From a virus (taxonomy: Duplodnaviria; Caudoviricetes): a stretch of DNA of 54,761 bases. Within the stretch, counting starts at the first letter, position 1. Every line of letters starts with the position of its first letter. The notes beneath the pieces were generated by a model. It did no database searches. It had not been told where the DNA came from and saw only the letters and a list, made by a program, of their open reading frames with translations. The stretch spans positions 1-54,761 of IMG/VR virus record IMGVR_UViG_3300016478_000067. The stretch is one strand, 5' to 3'. Below are positions 44,225 to 53,166 of the stretch, one piece after another. The position numbers and the translations under genes are program-made.

Positions 44225-45188
44225 AAGAACACTCCTTCATTTGTGCGAGACCGCCACGAGCGTAACCCAGCCCGGACAGCGCGTCTTTTATGCGCTGAGT
44301 TGTTTGTTTCAGTCCACCCGGCGAGGTCTCAAAACCACCAAGAAACTGTAGGTCATTCACGTAGTCGGGATACGCCACGGAAGCTTTTTCTGCGGGGCGC
44401 TCTGCGCTGTAAACCCAGGTTTTACCGGGAACACCTTCTTTACTCAGCACACTCGCTACGTCGTCGCTGCCGAAATACGACCTGAGCAGTTGTTCTACTC
44501 GTTCACCAGTCAACGCTGATTCAGCGGTGGCAGCTGGATTGTCAACCCGATCGCCAAGAGTCCACAGCTTCAGATCACCTCGTAACTTGTCACGCAGCTC
44601 AGGGTGATTACTCAAAAGATTTCTCAACGCTTCAGTAGGCTGCGGTTGAGCGGACACCGGTCGAGTATTAACATTCAACATCCGAGCATACAGCTCGTCC
44701 GGGAAGTCATACACAGACAGAACGCCAGGTCGTTTACCCCCGGCGGTTGCGAATGTCTGCGGGGTAAAAGTCTTGTCCGACAAATAGAAACCGGGACCAT
44801 GTGCCTGCTGTGTAAACCTAGATGGGTCAACACGCCTAACTTCCACCGGACCACCGTGTATGAGTATCTTACCCGCCTGATCTGCAAGCGCGCTACCCAA
44901 AGCACCTTTAGATGATCTCAGAGCCTCTAGACCGCCCATCACAGGCGCTACTTGCAGGGCGGTTCCAGCAGCAAAAGCAGGCTCAGCCACCCTCATAACC
45001 TCAGTTCGACGAGGATGTAGAACGGACACACCGAGTTCATCCGGGGCTTCACCTAGGAAGGAGCGAAGCGCAGCCATCCCGACCGGCACCGGGGACTCGT
45101 TGATGTTAGTCGTCAGCTCCGGATTCAGCGCACCACCGGGCAGCGCGTCTCCCAAGTACTTTTTGAATTCTGACCAGATACTAGACAT
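44214..45188 (-). CDS. Protein with ADP-ribosyltransferase-like (polyvalent ART) domain
   Basis: LIHGGP.........Q..HGPGFYLSD and L..EGVPG motifs. Confidence 0.5.
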   Translation of the reverse strand: MSSIWSEFKKYLGDALPGGALNPELTTNINESPVPVGMAALRSFLGEAPDELGVSVLHPRRTEVMRVAEPAFAAGTALQVAPVMGGLEALRSSKGALGSALADQAGKILIHGGPVEVRRVDPSRFTQQAHGPGFYLSDKTFTPQTFATAGGKRPGVLSVYDFPDELYARMLNVNTRPVSAQPQPTEALRNLLSNHPELRDKLRGDLKLWTLGDRVDNPAATAESALTGERVEQLLRSYFGSDDVASVLSKEGVPGKTWVYSAERPAEKASVAYPDYVNDLQFLGGFETSPGGLKQTTQRIKDALSGLGYARGGLAQMKECSCGR

Positions 45189-45199
45189 GATTCAGCTCC

Positions 45200-45478
45200 T
45201 CACCACTTGACCTTGTCGGCCCAATACGCCGCACTGGACGGACCTTTGGCGATATTCTTAGCGTGCCGGGCCTTGAAGCTCTCGCGCTTGTCCTTCATCG
45301 TCTGGGACTCGTCCGCCTTGGGCTTGCCAGCGGTCTTAGCGCCCTGCTCGCCGAAGCGAATCACCCGCTCCTTGCCGTCGTAACACGCCTTCACCACGTG
45401 GGACTTCTCCGGGTGCGCGGGGGTGCGCTGTGGCTGGTTGCAGGGCATCTCCGACTTCTTTACGGGCTTGGTCGCCAT
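45200..45478 (-). CDS. Small basic protein (RFG.QG..SFKARH..SAAYWA family)
   Basis: Motif pattern; Lys/Arg-rich. Confidence 0.7.
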   Translation of the reverse strand: MATKPVKKSEMPCNQPQRTPAHPEKSHVVKACYDGKERVIRFGEQGAKTAGKPKADESQTMKDKRESFKARHAKNIAKGPSSAAYWADKVKW

Positions 45479-45489
45479 CTGGTTACACC

Positions 45490-45975
45490 TTAGCGAATCA
45501 GTCGCGGAACGGTTTGCTGCGGCAGCGGCGCTGCGGGTTGAGCAACGGGCTGCGCCATAGGCATGGGCGAGTACGCGGGTTGCTGTGGCATAGGGGCCAC
45601 GCCCGCTTGAGGTTGGAGCCGGGGGTCCGGGCGACCACGGTGGTCATCCAAGCTGGGCGGCGGAACCCACCTTGAGCCCGGAGCCTGTGCTGACCACAGC
45701 TGGTTGGATAGCTGATTGAGCGGGCCGGCGGCGGTTGCCGGCGGCGTAGATTGGGCGGGCGCAACACCGGGGTTGAAAGGGTTAAAAAAGTTCGCCGGGT
45801 TGTACCCGCTGTTCGGCTGGAATTGCGGGGCGTAAGAACCCATCGGAGACGGGCCAAACCGCCCAGCGTAGTTGTGAGCCATGAACGGGTTTGACATCCC
45901 GATGGACTGCAGATACTGAGCTAAATTAAAGTCTTGCATGTCATTTTCCTGTAATGGGGTGACCAACCATTCCAA
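45490..45975 (-). CDS. Pro/Gln-rich hypothetical protein
   Basis: ORF; probable start MQDFNL. Confidence 0.55.
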   Translation of the reverse strand: MEWLVTPLQENDMQDFNLAQYLQSIGMSNPFMAHNYAGRFGPSPMGSYAPQFQPNSGYNPANFFNPFNPGVAPAQSTPPATAAGPLNQLSNQLWSAQAPGSRWVPPPSLDDHRGRPDPRLQPQAGVAPMPQQPAYSPMPMAQPVAQPAAPLPQQTVPRLIR

Positions 45976-45980
45976 TAGTT

Positions 45981-47552
45981 CTAGGCTGCATATGGGTTAC
46001 CTGCTTTCTTTCTGTATTCCCGTGGTTCGATGATCTCGGCCGCCTGCGGCAGCTCAAACCATCCTTCGTTCTTGAGATAGATGACGGCCTGAGTAAAGGT
46101 GTCCACGTAATCGTCGTGCTCATCGACCGGGAATTTAGCCACTTGGCGCATGAACTTCGATGCCCAGCTGACGGGCTGACCCGGGTTCTTGGTCGATTCC
46201 GGCACCCAAATCAAACCAAGTTCTAAGGTCGGTGCGGTCTGGTGCGCTCGCGATACTTTATCCGCGTTTCCCGGATTGTACCCGATAGCCGGGACTTTTG
46301 CCAAGTGTAAATCCTGAAGCAAAGACTGACCGCTGGCTTTCGCCTCGACCAAGATGCGGTCCGGCCGTCGGGCGCGCACAAACGGTTTATCTTTCGACCC
46401 ACCACCATACTCGGTAGTCCAGTCGTCGATAGCTCGACGTCGTAGGTCTGGATAACTCAGGTGCTCATCCCAGGCGTCGATCAGCATCAATTGGCGCTCG
46501 TTCTTCAGCGTGAACACGCCCCAGACGGTGCAAGCTGTCGGGTCTCCGCTACTCTTCTCAGTAAACGCGCAATCGTACGACTGTAGGACATACTCGAACT
46601 GCGGAAGTCCCGAATCTTTTGGCCATAGATTGACATATTTGGTCTTCAGGATGCCGCCGCCGCTCGGGGTCGGGTCCTGTTGCAACTGGCCGCTGGATTG
46701 GTAGGTGCCCAGCAGCTGCTTCAGTCTGGTGATCTCCTCCTCACCGAATCGGTCGGGGCAGATCAGCTCGCCGTCTTTGGTCCGTGGGTCGTAACGGCCA
46801 CGCGACGTAGTTCGTATCTTCCCATCGTATTCTGCTGGGATGCAAATATGCTCCCAGCCGCCGATGTCTTCTAGGATATGGCCCGAGATGTCCTTCTGGT
46901 GCAGCCGCTGCATGACCGTCACCATCGCGTCGGTCTTGGGGTTATTCAGTCGGGTGCTCCACACCGCGTCGAACCACTCCAAGGTCGATTCCCGCATCGT
47001 GTCGGACTGCGCGTCCTGGGCACCATGCGGGTCATCGAGAATCAACCGTGAGCCGCCTTCACCGGTGGCTGTACCGCCGACCGAAGTCGCCAGCCGGTAG
47101 CCTGTCCGGTTGTTTTCGAACCGCTTTTTCTCGTTCTGGTCGCCAGTAAGGCTGAAAACGTCGGACCACCGCTCTTGGTACCAGGGGGATTGTAGCAACC
47201 GACGGGCCTTCAGGTTATCACGGATCGAAAGGCTGCCCGAATATGATGCAGCAAGGAATTTTTGCTCTGGCGCATGTAGCCACTCCCAACAGCACCAGCC
47301 GACGGAGACAATCGTGGACTTTGAATGTCGTGGTGGGATGTTGATGAGCAGGCGGGAAATCTCACCACGGGAGACAGCCTCCAAATGTTCACAGATCACC
47401 TGGATATGCCAGGACGGCACGAACTCCACGCCCGGCTCCATGTGCGGCCACGCCTGCCGGATGAACTCGTACAGGGACGACTCGGCCAGACGCCGGGACT
47501 TCTCCCGCCGGACCATATCCATCATGACTACAGGAGAAAGGGTGCTGGTCAT
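45981..47552 (-). CDS. terL: Terminase large subunit
   Basis: INIPPRHSKS (Walker A), LILDDPH, VMQRLH, QSYDCA, HDDYVDT. Confidence 0.93.
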   Translation of the reverse strand: MTSTLSPVVMMDMVRREKSRRLAESSLYEFIRQAWPHMEPGVEFVPSWHIQVICEHLEAVSRGEISRLLINIPPRHSKSTIVSVGWCCWEWLHAPEQKFLAASYSGSLSIRDNLKARRLLQSPWYQERWSDVFSLTGDQNEKKRFENNRTGYRLATSVGGTATGEGGSRLILDDPHGAQDAQSDTMRESTLEWFDAVWSTRLNNPKTDAMVTVMQRLHQKDISGHILEDIGGWEHICIPAEYDGKIRTTSRGRYDPRTKDGELICPDRFGEEEITRLKQLLGTYQSSGQLQQDPTPSGGGILKTKYVNLWPKDSGLPQFEYVLQSYDCAFTEKSSGDPTACTVWGVFTLKNERQLMLIDAWDEHLSYPDLRRRAIDDWTTEYGGGSKDKPFVRARRPDRILVEAKASGQSLLQDLHLAKVPAIGYNPGNADKVSRAHQTAPTLELGLIWVPESTKNPGQPVSWASKFMRQVAKFPVDEHDDYVDTFTQAVIYLKNEGWFELPQAAEIIEPREYRKKAGNPYAA

Positions 47553-47573
47553 CCCGTTATCACCTTTATCATC

Positions 47574-48116
47574 TTAGCTGTCACTGGTGGGCTTGGTCGC
47601 AGCGGCCTTCATCATCAATTTCTCAACCACAGCGAGCTCCTCGTCGGTCAGGTTCTTGAGGTCAAGTGACGAGATTTGCAACGGCGAACCATCCGGACCA
47701 GACACCTCGCTAGTGATCTTGTCCCCGTACTGTTTCGGTGCAACGCAGCGGGCACGCCACCGGTAGTGACTGGCCAGCTCCTTCGCACGCATGAGCGACA
47801 TTTTGTCCTCGGCCGTGTTGAGCTTGTGCTCGGCCAGCTCGTCCCAGAGGATGGCGGCGTGTGCGCGTGCCTCACGCGTACGGGTCTGCCGTTCGGGTGA
47901 CTTGGATACCCAGTATACGACCGCTGATGGGTGCACACCGAGCTTTGCCGCTATCACGGCCATCGATTCCCCGCCCATGATGTCTTGGCACACTGCATCG
48001 AGCCCGTACTGATCGATTTTATACTGTGCATCCCACTGATTTTTGTGGGTCTTGAGTTCCTTCTCAGTGGGCGGTGCCTTGGGCTTCGGGGAGTAATACC
48101 TACTGTGGTCTATCAT
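47574..48116 (-). CDS. terS: Terminase small subunit
   Basis: HTH (GESMAVIAAKLGV), RWRA...APKQYGDK, SGPDGSPL. Confidence 0.8.
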   Translation of the reverse strand: MIDHSRYYSPKPKAPPTEKELKTHKNQWDAQYKIDQYGLDAVCQDIMGGESMAVIAAKLGVHPSAVVYWVSKSPERQTRTREARAHAAILWDELAEHKLNTAEDKMSLMRAKELASHYRWRARCVAPKQYGDKITSEVSGPDGSPLQISSLDLKNLTDEELAVVEKLMMKAAATKPTSDS

Positions 48117-48394
48117 GATACTTAGTCCTCATTCGGATGTGCGCGATAGTGCGCTACCGGATCTGCGACGTGCAGCCACCGGGGGCTTCTTTAAATGCTT
48201 GAATTCTACCACGGGTATTTCTGGGACACAACGACCGCGTATCTGAATAGCGCGGATACCGGGCAGATACAGATATATACCGGAAACCGTCAACCAGTGT
48301 CGCACCGCAGCAAGAATTATTTCGAATTTGTAACAAAGTGTAACAAACCACAAGTGGCGCGCGCTGGTCACCGGCTGTTTTAGGAAGACGGGCA

Positions 48395-48880
48395 GCTGGG
48401 CACGCGGCACCCTAGGGATGCGCCGATGTGTCTCCGAGCCTCTCCTTGGGGTCTTCCTTGCGTTCTGACAATATCTTGGCTATATTAGTAGCTTCTCGGG
48501 CTTCCGACGCAAGGAAGACACCTTCTCGCGTCTTTTTCACGCTTACATGGGGGAATTCTAGGTTTGACCATGGGTGCCGAAGAATAGAAGTCCGCCGTCT
48601 GAACAGCTTCTCCGATCTTGTATCCGCCCCCATTCATTAACGGATACAGTGCCGGATACAGGCTTTTTCGAATGGAAGAAGGGTTTCTGTATCCGTTGTA
48701 TCCGCTGTATCCGTATATATATACCATATCTGTCGCAAGTTTGCGACAGAAACGAGCCTCGCACGGGCGTGGAACAACGGATACAGATCCCCCTCGGAAT
48801 CTGCTCTCTCGAATGGAAAAGGGGGTTTCTTGTCTGTATCCGGCTCTGTTCCATCATGCCGGATACAACGGATACAGAAG
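48395..48880. repeat. Non-coding repeat element copy B (inverted homolog of 15920-16360)
   Basis: 10 CGGATAC/GTATCCG heptamers 48620-48875; palindrome 48729-48750; inverted repeat 48451-48463/48507-48519; 48421-48456 is the reverse complement of 16310-16345. Confidence 0.85.
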
Positions 48881-48950
48881 GCGGTTTCTGAATCCCTCTG
48901 CAGGCCCGATCACCTATGTGCAGAGACTCGGCGTTGCACCGAGTCCTTAC

Positions 48951-48979
48951 AGTATATCACACCGCGAGTATCGCCGCAA
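48951..48979 (-). promoter_or_regulatory. Promoter TTGCGG-N17-TATACT firing into element B
   Basis: TG-extended -10; position equivalent to 15841-15869. Confidence 0.55.
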
Positions 48980-49388
48980 TAATCTCCGGTGCCTTAGCTT
49001 TTTTCGACACCGCCATCACCCCCTGCGGTATTGCGGCTTTCATCATGCCGTCCACCTGCCCAGCCAGCCGCCCAGGTATGACCAGCATTTCGCCGGTGTC
49101 GGTCTCCACCAGGTAGATGGATTTTCCGCCTGCCTTCAGGTACCTTTCGTGCCACGCTGCCTGGTGTGGTTTGTAGGCCGGCACTCGTAGTGTTCCTTGG
49201 GTTGACCATTGCGCCGACTTCAGCTCAACCCATATCGCCCGTGATATACCGTCGGCACCCATGAACACCCCGTGCAAATCCGGCGTACCCATCCCCACTC
49301 GATTCTCGATACGTTCCAGGTAGCAGTTTTTGCCTATCGCTCGTCGCAGCCACTCCCAAAATGCCTGTTCCGGTTTTTTACTCATCAT
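48957..49388 (-). CDS. PD-(D/E)xK nuclease (VRR-NUC/Holliday junction resolvase-like)
   Basis: ERIEN....GTPD...WVELK...HQAAWH....AGG. Confidence 0.8.
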   Translation of the reverse strand: MMSKKPEQAFWEWLRRAIGKNCYLERIENRVGMGTPDLHGVFMGADGISRAIWVELKSAQWSTQGTLRVPAYKPHQAAWHERYLKAGGKSIYLVETDTGEMLVIPGRLAGQVDGMMKAAIPQGVMAVSKKAKAPEIIAAILAV

Positions 49389-49420
49389 GTTCCTTTCGTA
49401 TGTCTTGCGAGTATCCTACT

Positions 49421-49969
49421 TTATGCAGCCTTGTATAGGATATGATTATCATTTTTATCATCTTTTGGGTTTCGTAAGGCTTCTGGAATCGGAGGCATTT
49501 TGATCACCTTTTTCGGGTCTCGGATCTGTGCCTTCGCCCTATCAATCCCCCGTTGCATGTCAGCCACCGTGATCACCTCCATTTGTGCGTCATGCAGCTC
49601 CATCAACCGGTTGAGCATCCCGATTTCTTCTCCGGTGGGGGTATACCGCAGGATCTCTGTCGCCCGATACGCGATCTTAAGTAATGCGTATCGGCCATCG
49701 ACTGCAACACCCGTGTACTCCGACCCGAACCCCATCTGTTGCAGCGACTCGACGATGTTGGACATGGCGACCAATGCCGAGATGTCCTTGGGAGTGGCGG
49801 TGCCCTGTAGCAGTGCGGCCATCGCCCCGTGGTTGGCTATCTTCAGGTCCAGCAGGTAGGTACCGTGCTGACCCAATGGCTTGAATCCCTCTTTCACCCA
49901 ACTCACCGTGTCTAGTATCAGTCCGGTCTTCGGACGGTATTTTTTGCGCGGCCTGGTAGATTTAGGCAC
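49421..49969 (-). CDS. Hypothetical protein (GTG start, PKSTRPRKKYRPK)
   Basis: ORF; basic N-terminus. Confidence 0.6.
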   Translation of the reverse strand: MPKSTRPRKKYRPKTGLILDTVSWVKEGFKPLGQHGTYLLDLKIANHGAMAALLQGTATPKDISALVAMSNIVESLQQMGFGSEYTGVAVDGRYALLKIAYRATEILRYTPTGEEIGMLNRLMELHDAQMEVITVADMQRGIDRAKAQIRDPKKVIKMPPIPEALRNPKDDKNDNHILYKAA

Positions 49970-50219
49970 GATCGATTGCCTCCTCTTGCGTTTTGATGTA
50001 TTCCTCCCCGTGACCGGCCCGGCGGCATCCGGCGCAGGCAGAATCGGTGAGCGACCGGTCGTAGCGGCACTCGCGGGAGAATCGGTTGGGCCAGGTGGCG
50101 GTACCACGCCAGCCCTCTACCGTGCAGACATCGTGGTAGGGCGGCCGGTTCCAGCAACCATAGCGGTGCTCGGCATCGCGCACCCCGTGTTCATGTACTG
50201 GGTGTTCAATCACTGGCAT
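49962..50219 (-). CDS. Cys-rich hypothetical protein
   Basis: YGCWNR, CRYD, CAGC. Confidence 0.6.
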   Translation of the reverse strand: MPVIEHPVHEHGVRDAEHRYGCWNRPPYHDVCTVEGWRGTATWPNRFSRECRYDRSLTDSACAGCRRAGHGEEYIKTQEEAIDRA

Positions 50220-50224
50220 TTTAT

Positions 50225-50329
50225 CTAATCTCCTTTTGTGCCATAGTGTAGTAACGCCACGAAGAATGCCGCGACGCAGATCGGAATGACCACATACAGG
50301 CCGATTGCTTCAATGACATCAGCAGTCAT
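50225..50329 (-). CDS. Small membrane peptide (34 aa)
   Basis: Manually read; hydrophobic; ATGA overlap. Confidence 0.45.
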   Translation of the reverse strand: MTADVIEAIGLYVVIPICVAAFFVALLHYGTKGD

Positions 50330-50706
50330 AAGAGACCACTCCAAACACTGGCTCCGGTGCCGCGAGTGGCGCGCTGTTTAGCGTTTTTGTATGCCCGGTT
50401 TTTCATGTTCCAGTCGTGGTTAATAGCAGCCTTTGGTTTTTTCCTGGGGCGGCGCGCATCGCGCTCTTCGCCCGTCACTTTCACCGCCCAGATCGGGCCG
50501 AGTGCGTTGCTATCTCCCGGGTGGCCCCAACCGTGGATATATAAAATGCCAGCCCGGTGCAGGTCGTGAACCACTCGGGACACAGTGTTCTTGTGGCAGC
50601 CAGTAGCCAAGTGGATATCCCACCCCAGCATCGGCCCCTCGGCGCAAAGCAGCCGGGAGATAATCAAGCGGACAGAGGTCCAGCGGATAGGATCATTCCG
50701 TGTCAT
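50326..50706 (-). CDS. Putative winged-HTH DNA-binding protein
   Basis: DIHLATGCHKNTVSRVVHDLHRAG. Confidence 0.55.
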   Translation of the reverse strand: MTRNDPIRWTSVRLIISRLLCAEGPMLGWDIHLATGCHKNTVSRVVHDLHRAGILYIHGWGHPGDSNALGPIWAVKVTGEERDARRPRKKPKAAINHDWNMKNRAYKNAKQRATRGTGASVWSGLL

Positions 50707-50851
50707 TTTGGGCCTCCGTCAATTCCTGCACCCGCTTCCGCAGCTGTTGGTTTTCCATCAGTAGCCGCCGCAGCTCGCGGGCGCAGGCCACCTCGAACGC
50801 GTCCTCCGGGTCACACTGGTCAGCGAGTTCTAATGCCTTTGGCTTACTCAT
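50693..50851 (-). CDS. Hypothetical protein
   Basis: KALELAD..ARELRRL..EN motif shared with 1..339. Confidence 0.55.
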   Translation of the reverse strand: MSKPKALELADQCDPEDAFEVACARELRRLLMENQQLRKRVQELTEAQNDTE

Positions 50852-51035
50852 CGTCCTCCCCTTCACTTCCTTCTCCCTCCAGCGCGTCTTGCAATAGCTG
50901 AGCACCAGCGATCACCAGACACCCGAGCGCTGTTGCGACTGACACGGCGCCATCGTATTTGTACACAGCATCCAGGAGATCCCGGGTCATGCTTTTGACC
51001 ATGCTGATCGAGTCTGGTTGGTAGCTGGGATTCAT
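50844..51035 (-). CDS. Hypothetical protein
   Basis: Coupled ORF. Confidence 0.55.
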   Translation of the reverse strand: MNPSYQPDSISMVKSMTRDLLDAVYKYDGAVSVATALGCLVIAGAQLLQDALEGEGSEGEDDE

Positions 51036-51622
51036 TCTGCATCCCCCATAGGGAACACCAGCGGCGCATGTTGGTTGAGCAGTCGTTGAATTTCCAATGC
51101 CACCTCACGTACCTCCCACTGCGCTTTCTTTGCCGTGCGGTTCGCCAGCAGGTCATGCCACATCTGGAAGTTGCCGCAGATGCGCAGCGATGTCGTGCAG
51201 CCTTGCGGCAGGATATAGCGGGCGTCTTCCTTTTTCATGCCTCCGACCTCGATGGCGTCGAAATACAGCGCCTCGGCCTCGTTCTGGATGCGTAACCAGT
51301 CGCGCTGCATCCAGTCGGGCAGTTCCTGCAGCGCGGGCGGCTGGGCATACTCGACGGCCGTCTCCTTCACATATCGCTGAGACCGCTGGAGGATACCGGC
51401 GTGCGCCACCCTGACCAGTTGGTGGCTGGCTACGCGGCTGATGCCGCTGATGTGGAAGTCGGCGTAGGCAAAGCGCAGCGTGGCTAGATGGCTGACCGAC
51501 ATGCAGTGTGCAGCGCGGCGCAGGCAGGCGTCGCGTTCGGTGCTGCTGTCGTAGCATTCAGCGGCGGCTGCTCCGATGTGCACCTCGGCGTCCGGGGTGA
51601 TGAATTTCAGTTCGACTTGCAT
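51032..51622 (-). CDS. thyX: Flavin-dependent thymidylate synthase
   Basis: GISRVASHQLVR...QRSQRYV, KEDARYILP, AQWEVR. Confidence 0.88.
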   Translation of the reverse strand: MQVELKFITPDAEVHIGAAAAECYDSSTERDACLRRAAHCMSVSHLATLRFAYADFHISGISRVASHQLVRVAHAGILQRSQRYVKETAVEYAQPPALQELPDWMQRDWLRIQNEAEALYFDAIEVGGMKKEDARYILPQGCTTSLRICGNFQMWHDLLANRTAKKAQWEVREVALEIQRLLNQHAPLVFPMGDAE

Positions 51623-51780
51623 TCTTGCTTTCTTTCTTGGTTGTTCAGGCGGAACACTGGCAGGCTGGGCGACTGCATGATGTTCTGTTTCTCGGCGGAC
51701 ACCGTGCCGCCTCGGCTACTGTGGTAGGACTTGCGCACCGACTTGAAGAAGGCGGCGAGGCTGTTGTCTTTTGGTTTCAT
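51607..51780 (-). CDS. Hypothetical protein
   Basis: AAGGA RBS; ATGA overlap. Confidence 0.5.
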   Translation of the reverse strand: MKPKDNSLAAFFKSVRKSYHSSRGGTVSAEKQNIMQSPSLPVFRLNNQERKQECKSN

Positions 51781-52040
51781 GCGTTCCTTCTCGCACGAAT
51801 GGTTGAGGCGCAGTCCTTTGCCTCGGGACTGTCGGAATCTTGTTCGCACGCCTTCGCGCACGCCTCGCGCTCGGCAGCGGCAACCAGGGTGGCGAATTGA
51901 GCAAGCTCGCTTCCTATGCCCACCCATCGACCATCTGATCGCTGTGCTACCGGAAACCGGCCGCCGTCCGAGCTAGAGAATCGCTTGATTTTGAATCCGG
52001 CCGCCTGAGCCATACGGAGGATGTCTTCGCGGTCGATCAT
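51777..52040 (-). CDS. Hypothetical protein (AEREACA family)
   Basis: Coupled ORF. Confidence 0.65.
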   Translation of the reverse strand: MIDREDILRMAQAAGFKIKRFSSSDGGRFPVAQRSDGRWVGIGSELAQFATLVAAAEREACAKACEQDSDSPEAKDCASTIRARRNA

Positions 52041-52261
52041 TTCATGCCCCTCACAATTTCAGCTGGCTCGTGCGGCTCGTACCAGCCAGACGATGGCGTG
52101 CCATCGGAATACACGGCGCGGCGGTCGAACTCGGCGGCAATCCGCTCGCGCTCGGCAAAAACAGCAGCCTTCACGCATTTTTCGATCAGGGTCTTGACGT
52201 AATGTGGCTGGTTTGGTCGATTCGCCAGCAGCTTTGCCACTTCATCTGGCGTGTACTTCAT
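52037..52261 (-). CDS. Hypothetical protein
   Basis: AAGGAG RBS; AERERIA motif. Confidence 0.6.
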   Translation of the reverse strand: MKYTPDEVAKLLANRPNQPHYVKTLIEKCVKAAVFAERERIAAEFDRRAVYSDGTPSSGWYEPHEPAEIVRGMK

Positions 52262-52548
52262 GCTTGTTGACTCCTTGCGCGGATTGCATCGGCGCACCTA
52301 CGCGCCTCCATATCCTCACGGCTGTTGTCACCCATGTAGCGGGCTTCGCACACCTTGGCACACATCTCGCGCTCCTTCTCCGCATTGTCATAGTGGGCCT
52401 CGATCCACATCCTCGGCTCCAGCGTGGCGATGTGCTCGTAGTCGGATCGGCCAGTCATGGCGCTGGCGTCATCCATGTAAAGTGCTCGGATTTCTCGTGT
52501 CTCGCGGTGGCGATAGACGAACACCGTTGCGTCAAGTTTGTGTGTCAT
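52258..52548 (-). CDS. Hypothetical protein
   Basis: EREMCAKVCE...CADAIRAR. Confidence 0.6.
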   Translation of the reverse strand: MTHKLDATVFVYRHRETREIRALYMDDASAMTGRSDYEHIATLEPRMWIEAHYDNAEKEREMCAKVCEARYMGDNSREDMEARRCADAIRARSQQA

Positions 52549-52727
52549 GCTTGATTCTTGATGGGTATGTATGTGCAGCCGTTGTCTTGGCTTCCAGAGC
52601 GGGAAACGCAGGGCGTGCGCTCGCCCCAGGTCTGGCCGGGCAGGCGGTCGAAGCGCAGGCACTGGCGGCAGTGCGCGTCCGGGTGCAGCGGGGCGCAGCG
52701 GTGGGAGTCGTATGGGAGCGTCTTCAT
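52545..52727 (-). CDS. Cys-rich hypothetical protein
   Basis: LPYD..RC...CRQCLR. Confidence 0.6.
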   Translation of the reverse strand: MKTLPYDSHRCAPLHPDAHCRQCLRFDRLPGQTWGERTPCVSRSGSQDNGCTYIPIKNQA

Positions 52728-53047
52728 GCTTTGCTCGCTTGATGAGTATCCTCAAAATCCTTGCATCCGCCTTTTCCGCAGCCTCGCTGGCACTCGTAGT
52801 AAGTGCTCGGGCACATGCGCGCGGTCGATGCCGGACTCCTTGCGCGGATGGCTTGCGCTACTTGGTCGGCCAAATCGGCATGCACTTCATATTGCACAAT
52901 TTCCCATGCAGTGAGAGCGCATTTCTCGCGCTCGGCAGCAGCGACCAGGGCGGCGAAGTGAAAGACGAATCCGGCCAAGCCATGCCCTGTTTTGACTTGC
53001 GCAAGACCAGCCTCACGCGCCAGCGCGGCAATCTCGGTGCGGTTCAT
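52724..53047 (-). CDS. Hypothetical protein (AEREKCA family)
   Basis: Coupled ORF. Confidence 0.6.
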   Translation of the reverse strand: MNRTEIAALAREAGLAQVKTGHGLAGFVFHFAALVAAAEREKCALTAWEIVQYEVHADLADQVAQAIRARSPASTARMCPSTYYECQRGCGKGGCKDFEDTHQASKA

Positions 53048-53166
53048 GCCTTACCCCTGCTGCCGTGGTATTCAATGATTCCGAGGCGGTAGGCGACCTG
53101 AACAGCCAGCCAAGAGCAAAGAACCCCTAGACCAAGCCCCAGACCAAAAAACCAAGCGGCAATCAC
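53044..53166 (-). CDS. Small membrane peptide (40 aa)
   Basis: Manually read; GTG start overlapping the upstream stop. Confidence 0.45.
   Translation of the reverse strand: MIAAWFFGLGLGLGVLCSWLAVQVAYRLGIIEYHGSRGKA

Noticed and set aside
48412-48891. ORFs over repeat element B
   Set aside because: Same repeat-derived artefact as in element A.
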